Assembly (NCBI GenBank): GCA_046290465.1 | Contig: JBKAGP010000001.1 | Coordinates: 3,936,001-4,000,000 of the forward strand | Source of the DNA: Planctomycetota bacterium | GTDB taxonomy: Bacteria > Planctomycetota > UBA1135 > UBA2386 | Direction: 5' to 3' | Length of the DNA stretch: 64,000 nucleotides | In this document: piece by piece, positions 60,873 to 64,000 of the stretch | How positions within the stretch are numbered: position 1 is the first letter of the stretch | Layout: each line of letters starts with the position of its first letter | The notes under the pieces: model-generated | Told to the model about the DNA's origin: nothing | Seen by the model: only the letters and a program-made list of their open reading frames with translations | Databases searched by the model: none | Translations under genes and position numbers: made by a program

Positions 60873-62462
60873 TCAGCTATTTCGAATGACTCGGTTCCAA
60901 GGCGTGGCCGCGATCTCCAGATGACCCTTAAGCCCCGGTCGTGTCCTCTGCTCCAACGGCAGGGAGAAGCGCAACCCCGAGTTGTCGGGGAGCATTGACG
61001 CTTCCGCTGCGACCCCTGGCTTGCCGGGGTTGGTCTCTTGCAAGCCGTAGCGGATGCGCCAGCCAACAGGACTGTCCTTATCCGGAATTGCCTCGACCAG
61101 GATGAGCTTTCGCAAGATGAACCCTCCCTCGTAGTGGCGGTCAAGGAATAGGAATCCATCCACCTCGTAGTCGGGCACCATCACCTTTAGGTCGAACGCG
61201 AAGCTCACCGAGCCGGACGACTTCACGCTCTTCGCAGGATCAAGAAAGACTGAGAACAGGTGAGGACTGCGACTCCGGTCTAGTTGCCGCTGACCTCCAC
61301 GCTTCGGAAACAGTTCATCGAAGGTCCGGAAGATCGCCGAGTGCTCGCGCACCTCCTGTCGCGTCATCTGCCACTGGCATCCGCGCACACTCACCGCTAC
61401 CTCGAACTCGTAGGACGCCTTGATCGACTTGTCGTCGTCGAGCGCCCTCTGGACTTCGACCGGCAGGCTTATTTCGTCGATGTTGAGCACACCGTCGACG
61501 CGTAGCGAACCGAACAGGAAGCGAGTGAGGTTCTGGTAGCCCTCTTCCGAGTTGACGATGCCGTAGTGCCCCGAATGGCTCCTATGCACGTAGGCGCGCG
61601 GCGATGCCACCTTCCGACCGCTCGAGTCGACAGTATGCGTCGTCGCGTTCTCGAGCCGCACCAGCCCATCACTGGCTGGGCCCGCTGCCCAGGCGGACAC
61701 GCCGCCGAGCACGCCGTAATCGCTGGAGTTTGTTCCGATGAGGTTGAAGACTCTCTCGGCCGGATAGCCTTGCAGCTCCGAAACATCTGAGGCTCCTGGC
61801 GGTAAAGCTAGGTACTGGGCCATGCGGCCGCGGTTGAAGTTGTCGATGCTGCCAAAGGTCAGCCAACCCGGAACGTTGCGAACGATGCGCAGGTCGATGC
61901 CGTTGTGGGGCGTCGCATAGGTGAACACCTTGTCGACACATTTGCGCGCATCATCAGACCCGAGCTTCGGATTCTGCAGGAAGGCGCGACAGATCAGTCC
62001 GCCCATCGAGTGCGCAACCAGGTAAACACGAAAGTCCTCGGGTGCGACGCCGTTCTTCGGGTTGGCGCAGATTCGCTCTCGAAGCCTGAGGATCAGGTGG
62101 TCGAGCCCCTTGGCGAAGTGCTCCATCGGCCGTGCCTGACCATCTCCGAAGTCATTGGACACCTCATCGTAGTAGCGGTAGATGACGATGCTACGGTAGG
62201 GAATGGGCAGACTCTGCGGCTCAATGCCGGACAGGTCAGCGCCGTCCACGAAGACGTCATCGTAGTCGTGATCACTCATCAGGCGGACGAGCGGCGACTC
62301 GAAGTAGTAGCGGCGCATGTCTCCCGTCCATGCCTTGCGCGATTTCGTCGAGCCGATGTTGAAGCCCATGTAGGGGTCGGCAACTGTCTGTTCGATCTCG
62401 CCCTGAGTGGCTGCGAATCCGCGAACGTAGATGATCGGGTGCTTTGGGTGGTGGCTCGGCAT
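60873..62462 (-). CDS. PGAP1-like alpha/beta hydrolase (lipase/esterase) with C-terminal beta domain
   Basis: PIIYVRG, LVAHSMGGL nucleophile elbow, ATPHNG, SDGLV, HSG. Confidence 0.88.
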   Translation of the reverse strand: MPSHHPKHPIIYVRGFAATQGEIEQTVADPYMGFNIGSTKSRKAWTGDMRRYYFESPLVRLMSDHDYDDVFVDGADLSGIEPQSLPIPYRSIVIYRYYDEVSNDFGDGQARPMEHFAKGLDHLILRLRERICANPKNGVAPEDFRVYLVAHSMGGLICRAFLQNPKLGSDDARKCVDKVFTYATPHNGIDLRIVRNVPGWLTFGSIDNFNRGRMAQYLALPPGASDVSELQGYPAERVFNLIGTNSSDYGVLGGVSAWAAGPASDGLVRLENATTHTVDSSGRKVASPRAYVHRSHSGHYGIVNSEEGYQNLTRFLFGSLRVDGVLNIDEISLPVEVQRALDDDKSIKASYEFEVAVSVRGCQWQMTRQEVREHSAIFRTFDELFPKRGGQRQLDRSRSPHLFSVFLDPAKSVKSSGSVSFAFDLKVMVPDYEVDGFLFLDRHYEGGFILRKLILVEAIPDKDSPVGWRIRYGLQETNPGKPGVAAEASMLPDNSGLRFSLPLEQRTRPGLKGHLEIAATPWNRVIRNS

Positions 62463-62602
62463 GCTCGAGGCCCTACTCGGAAATGGTCATCGAGATGTGC
62501 GGATCTAGGCACTGCCACGCTGCTCACGGGCAGGTGGCGTGAGGCCGGATCAAGCCTTAAGCTGCTCAACCCTACGGCTGACACGCCGACGCACCGCACT
62601 CG

Positions 62603-62854
62603 CTACGGGTAGAACGACTTCCAGGTCTGCTCCTCTCCGTCCACAAGCCACTCGCCGAAGTCAGCGGCGCCGGCCCACCCGGTGTTCATCCCGGTTGCCG
62701 AGATGAACCGGAAGTGTCGCCCGTCGGGCGTACGGTAGAGCGTGGCCGAGACGTAGTCGTCTTCGTCGTCCTGGTTGCGATAGTCGTAGCTGTCGAGCTC
62801 GGTGGACTTGCCGCACAGGTCGGCCCAGTCGATTTCGGATTCGTTCTCAGTCAT
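62603..62854 (-). CDS. Small acidic hypothetical protein
   Basis: 83 aa, Asp/Glu-rich, TLYRTPDGRHF motif. Confidence 0.65.
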   Translation of the reverse strand: MTENESEIDWADLCGKSTELDSYDYRNQDDEDDYVSATLYRTPDGRHFRFISATGMNTGWAGAADFGEWLVDGEEQTWKSFYP

Positions 62855-62956
62855 GAGGATGCGTGGCTGCGGTCTTCTCGGGTGGCAACTGTCCGACCAA
62901 GGTCTACTGGCGAGAACGCCAGACGAAGCGACAGCCGGACACAGGTTCTGGCTCGG

Positions 62957-64000
62957 CTACAGTGAGCCTCGCGTGTGCGGAGCGGGGCCGATCCAGCCGG
63001 CGCCGGCTGTCGGTCGCTGCAGCGACTGACCGACCGGCGTCGACCCAGGTTCGCTCACTCCGATGTCGGTCGACGTCACGCCGGTCGCGATGCCCTCGGC
63101 GCCGGTGAACGTGCCTTCGTAGCTCAGCAGCTCGATGAGTGTGCCATCGGGGTCAACAAGCGCCACGCCATCCTTGGGTCCGTTCTGGATTCCGACGATG
63201 TCGAACGCACTGGCGCCGTTCGGCACCGAGCCGGTGATCGTGCCGCTGAGGGTCTTTGTTCTGTAGATCTGGCTGTCGCGCCCGTTGTAGAGAACCAGGC
63301 TCCAGCCGGAGAGGTCGGTGCCGACGGGGCCGGCAACCTCGATGAACTCACCCGTGTCCGCACCAGCGTTGTCGTAGTGGATCTCGCTAACCCAGACTGC
63401 CCCGGCCACCGGAGGCGCTGGCAGGTGGACCGGCGCGCTCGGGCACTGCGCTCCCCAGAGCGTGTGAACCCACTCGGGGTGGTCGATGAACGGGTTGCGA
63501 TTCCCCTGAGCGGCGAAGATCGCGTCGTTGCGCTGACGCTCGAGGTTGTCGACAGGGTCTTCGCAGTGCCACTTGAGCAGCACCGACAGCATGCCCATGT
63601 AGGCAACATCCTCGTTGTTGCCGGTTTGGCTGGCTTGGATGAAGGCTAGGTTGTTGGTGAGGATCAGATCGGGCTCATCCGAACCGGTCAGGTGCTGGCC
63701 GCCTTCGTAGCGCACGTCGAGGTAGAACAGGGCACGGGCGACGTCGCCGCGGCGACCGACCCAGGTCTCCCAAGCCCCAGACTGCGTCCAGTTCGAGTCT
63801 CCTGGGTAGCCGCCCCCTTGGCCGCCACGTCCGAGATTGGTCTCCGTGACCTTCTCCGTAGCGTTGGCATCACAGGTGCCGTAGGGCTTGTTGCTGCGGC
63901 TGCTGTTGTACCTGGAGTTGCAGAGGAACAGGTGGTGGCAGTCCGTGTAGGGGTAGTTCGAGGCCCCATCGTGCGGGAAGCCGTAAGACTTGGGCCACGA
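62957..64000 (-). CDS. Endonuclease I family nuclease with C-terminal lamin-tail-like domain (5' end outside the window)
   Basis: Frame open from 64000: WPKSYG, DCHHLF, NSSRSNKPY, RGDVARALFYLDVRY, QGNRNPFIDHPE; then SEIHYDNAGADTGEFIE. Confidence 0.92.
   Translation of the reverse strand, partial: SWPKSYGFPHDGASNYPYTDCHHLFLCNSRYNSSRSNKPYGTCDANATEKVTETNLGRGGQGGGYPGDSNWTQSGAWETWVGRRGDVARALFYLDVRYEGGQHLTGSDEPDLILTNNLAFIQASQTGNNEDVAYMGMLSVLLKWHCEDPVDNLERQRNDAIFAAQGNRNPFIDHPEWVHTLWGAQCPSAPVHLPAPPVAGAVWVSEIHYDNAGADTGEFIEVAGPVGTDLSGWSLVLYNGRDSQIYRTKTLSGTITGSVPNGASAFDIVGIQNGPKDGVALVDPDGTLIELLSYEGTFTGAEGIATGVTSTDIGVSEPGSTPVGQSLQRPTAGAGWIGPAPHTRGSL

Larger units (their letters stand above)
25854..64000. 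mobile_element. tRNA-adjacent composite genomic island; right boundary not in the window
   Basis: Starts at the tRNA 3' end; shift to lower GC and mixed codon usage; integrase, primase, second recombinase, IS elements, cassettes and pseudogenes. Confidence 0.8.

Overview
High-GC bacterial DNA. It is probably Planctomycetota; this is an inference from the many secreted repeat proteins and ECF sigma/anti-sigma pairs, not a database result. The window has two parts. (1) About 1-25.85 kb looks like host chromosome: secreted S8 peptidase, FG-GAP, Kelch and propeller proteins, rarD, two ECF sigma/anti-sigma pairs, gloA, an inositol monophosphatase-family gene, a CTAG-bounded 83-bp palindromic repeat (five-unit array plus a solo copy) and a tRNA with anticodon CAT (probably Ile2). 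(2) From the tRNA 3' end to the window end lies a mosaic, partly decaying genomic island. It carries two integron gene cassettes with attC sites but no recognisable intI, a PIN-domain gene, an integrase-excisionase-SpoVG-like-primase/helicase module with iteron-like repeats, a second tyrosine recombinase, a frameshifted Rhs/YD gene, an inverted 611-bp copy of part of the host S8 peptidase gene, a ParB-methyltransferase module, an IS630 remnant, a Cys-rich/MauE-like operon, an IS21 element with both ends and a 5-bp target duplication, and TAXI, alpha/beta-hydrolase and endonuclease I genes. The best candidate for an undescribed system is a shared ~110-130 aa C-terminal domain on five otherwise unrelated secreted proteins, which may be a lineage-specific sorting or anchoring signal.
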